From Squalus acanthias (taxonomy: Eukaryota): DNA of 64,000 nt. Position numbers and translations under genes: made by a program. This document shows, piece after piece, positions 61,487-64,000 of this stretch; position 1 is the stretch's first letter; each line of letters starts with the position of its first letter. Below the pieces are notes generated by a model. That model had not been told where the DNA came from. It did not search any database and was given only the letters and a program-made list of their open reading frames with translations. The stretch is from contig CM059449.1 in the NCBI GenBank assembly GCA_030390025.1, positions 21,390,001 through 21,454,000 of the forward strand. Direction: 5' to 3'.

Positions 61487-63865
61487 ATTCAATTATTAAT
61501 ATGGTCTAATTAGAAATCCAAAACGTACAACATATGATGGATGGCACAGTCTATTCTCGATAATTTGAAGTAGTCTTCTGTTCTAAATTATTTTATATTA
61601 ATTTTATATTAATTTTATATTAATCAATAATTTGAATTACGAGGAGCAGTCTGTATTTCCACTTGAAAGGTTGTCATCCACATCACTGGAAGTGGTAGGG
61701 TGGATCTTGAGTTTGTGTAATAGTGCAAAATGGGCGATATTGGATCAGCTGCCAGTTGCACAGGTCTCAAGTTTTTAATTTCCATTGACACCAAAGGGAA
61801 CGGAAATCAGGAGAGGTGTATAATCTGTGATCAGATTGATATCGCCCATTTTACACTATTACAAAAAGTCACAAGAACTCCTTTTGGGAGTAATCTGAAA
61901 TATTATTGCTGGACAAAAAAACGGGCTAAAGACAATCGACAGCCTGTTTCACTAACAACTTATTTTTCTTTTCCATTGACTTCAGTGGAATCGATAATCG
62001 GACTCCCGATTTGCTATCACCCATTTATCGCCAGCCGATTAAAGTAAAAATTGCTCCAATAAGCACTTTTTTTATTCGTGTCACCAAACCAAAATTTCTA
62101 GGACTTAAGACCCGTATAATCATCCATCCCCTATTCAAACTCTTACTTGTGGTCTTTATTACGTTCCGCGATCCTGGAATAAACACATAATTAACAGGCT
62201 GGGTAAAATGTTACTTTTACCATGGCGTAAAAGGGCCGATATCTCACCGGCCTCCTTTTGCATAACTCTTCCGATTTCTTCAATGGATTTCAGTGGAAAG
62301 GAAAGTCAGGCGAGTTCTATAATCTGCGGCCACTCAGCTCCTGCATTGTGTGCCCCCGTCAAAGATAATTTTCACTTTAATGATAGAGTAAATGTTCTAG
62401 AAATTGGTCTTTGGTGGTGGAGCAATATGGGTGGTTGCGCATCGACTGCCCCTTACATGCCTCTCGCCTGATATTCAATTCCATTGTCTGGAATGCAATG
62501 CAATTGAATATGGGGCTGGGCATCTCACAGGCGGTCGATGCAAAAGACGCCGAATTTACTCTGTTGCTCAATACGAATTGCTACTGCACCGAGTCTTAAT
62601 GGTGTTGTTAGTTGCACAAGCAATATATTTTGACCAATCCCTATATAAAAATCAACTTTTGTGTATGGTCTTTATGATTCACTGAAATTAATGACATTTT
62701 CTTTGCTCGGGGAATAAATACTCATAATAAATGTTTTTTTAATTGTGATTATGATAGTGGCTGTTGGAAAACTTTGATATGGATAACAAAGCAGAAATCC
62801 CAGTTCCTTGATGCTGTTATTGACAGGAACTGGGCCCTCATATCCCGCTGCGGCTGAGATAGGTAACTTACTTCAGAGGAATGTGTGGATCCTGGAATCG
62901 TCCTTGTTAGTTTGGCTGCCAACATCACGCCAGGTGGTCCATCGACCCTAGCTGGACATTCGACTTGGAAAGGATTGGCTTTATATTTTAGATCCAAACA
63001 AGTAAAAAAGCAGCTCAACCTATCTCACTCTAACTCGCCAGGCAGGTAACCCACTGGATTATGTGGCACTGTGATTTTACTCCCTGCCCACATCGGGCGG
63101 GGTGAAAAAAACAACTTCGCATTGGATCCTGTCAGTTTCCAGACGTTCAGATTAGATTAAAGTTGCCCCCTGCAATGTGCAACGTGCTTTAAAATTAAAC
63201 TAGCTGTTAATGCTATCCTACTAGGTAATATCAAGCTGCATTTTGGTTCACCTTTTTTTCTGTAGTTCAGAGACCTCTGACAATAAGTAAAGTATATAGT
63301 ATTACATAAAGCCACAATACAGAAGGGAACATCTTTTATATCAGTCGATCACTGCCTTATTCAGAATGTGTTTGCGAGAGATCAAGCTGGAGGGCAATGT
63401 TTCAACACAATTTGCACAACATGTGTGGCAAGAGACAGCCATCGTAGACAGACATCGTAACCCATTTTTCGGGAGGGGCAAGGAATTACAAACGCTGTTC
63501 TAACTTCTAACTTTTTAAATTGTTAGAATATTTTTGGGGAATAGATTTTCCTGCTATCGAGCCTGGGGCCAATTGGATTCGCTTAACGCAGCGAATACTG
63601 GAAAATCGGTCAAGGAGACTTCTCGACTTTCTGTCCAGTTAACTATCTTGATTGAAATTTGGATGTGCTCCGTTTGTGCTATTCCTCGTTTAATTTCCCC
63701 GTATTCACTGCTTAAGGGTGATCTCATAGTTCTATGCAAAAAAACCAGGTAAATCAATCATCCCCAATAGTGTAACATATCTTATGGAATTTCTAATTCC
63801 TTTATTTACCCTTTACTATTTAATGTAAACTAATGGTTCCTCTGTGTTTTTGATTATGAAAAATA

Positions 63866-64000
63866 TTGTGGATGGAGAAGAATTTGAAGTGGGAGGGGAA
63901 TGATCTAGTTGTCGTCTTCCACGTAGGAACTAACGACACATGTAGAACCAGGAATGAGGTTGTGCTGAGCGAGTTTGGGGAGCTAGGTTCCAAGTTAAAA
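63866..64000 (+). mobile_element. CR1 ORF1 (SGNH esterase-like) fragment, cut by the window end
   Basis: Translates as WEGNDLVVVFHVGTNDTCRTRNEVVLSEFGELGSKLK; the HVGTND motif is typical of CR1 ORF1. Confidence 0.8.

Larger units (their letters stand above)
53123..63276 (-). pseudogene. Second butyrophilin/BG-like pseudogene, 3' portion: micro-exons at 63252-63276 and 62147-62173, B30.2 exon at 53123-53642
   Basis: ttccag|GATCGCGGAACGTAATAAAGACCACAA|gtaaga (27 nt, paralogue of 12096-12122). The micro-exon EVSELQKK. The B30.2 exon reads AVKFSQSISDP*...TSGTYCWATQV...WFVGV...KIGIFLDCDEGTVTF/...DGKFDERLYPIF, with stops, an 18-nt deletion and a frameshift. Confidence 0.8.
47430..63865 (-). repeat. 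Right arm of the inverted segmental duplication, expanded by arm-specific TE insertions
   Basis: Same order of landmarks as 10120-17930 on the opposite strand. Confidence 0.9.

Overview
Eukaryotic, vertebrate, repeat-rich DNA. The repeat repertoire (abundant CR1 LINEs, Deu-domain SINEs, Penelope, Harbinger, hairpin MITEs) suggests a cartilaginous fish; this is an inference. I found no intact protein-coding gene. The backbone is an old inverted duplication: about 10.1-17.9 kb (+) matches about 47.4-63.9 kb (-). Each arm holds the 3' half of a decayed butyrophilin/BG-like gene (21-27 nt phase-1 micro-exons plus a B30.2/PRY-SPRY exon with stops). Each arm then has an inward-pointing promoter/first exon with a 41-bp block identical between the arms, and a 21+22 bp minisatellite. 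The ~29 kb spacer holds CR1 LINEs, a near full-length Penelope element whose terminal repeats carry minimal hammerhead ribozymes, a two-gene Harbinger transposon with a nested LINE, and degraded gag-like and env-like remnants resembling a lokiretrovirus-type endogenous element. All family calls come from motif recognition by eye and need HMM/BLAST confirmation.
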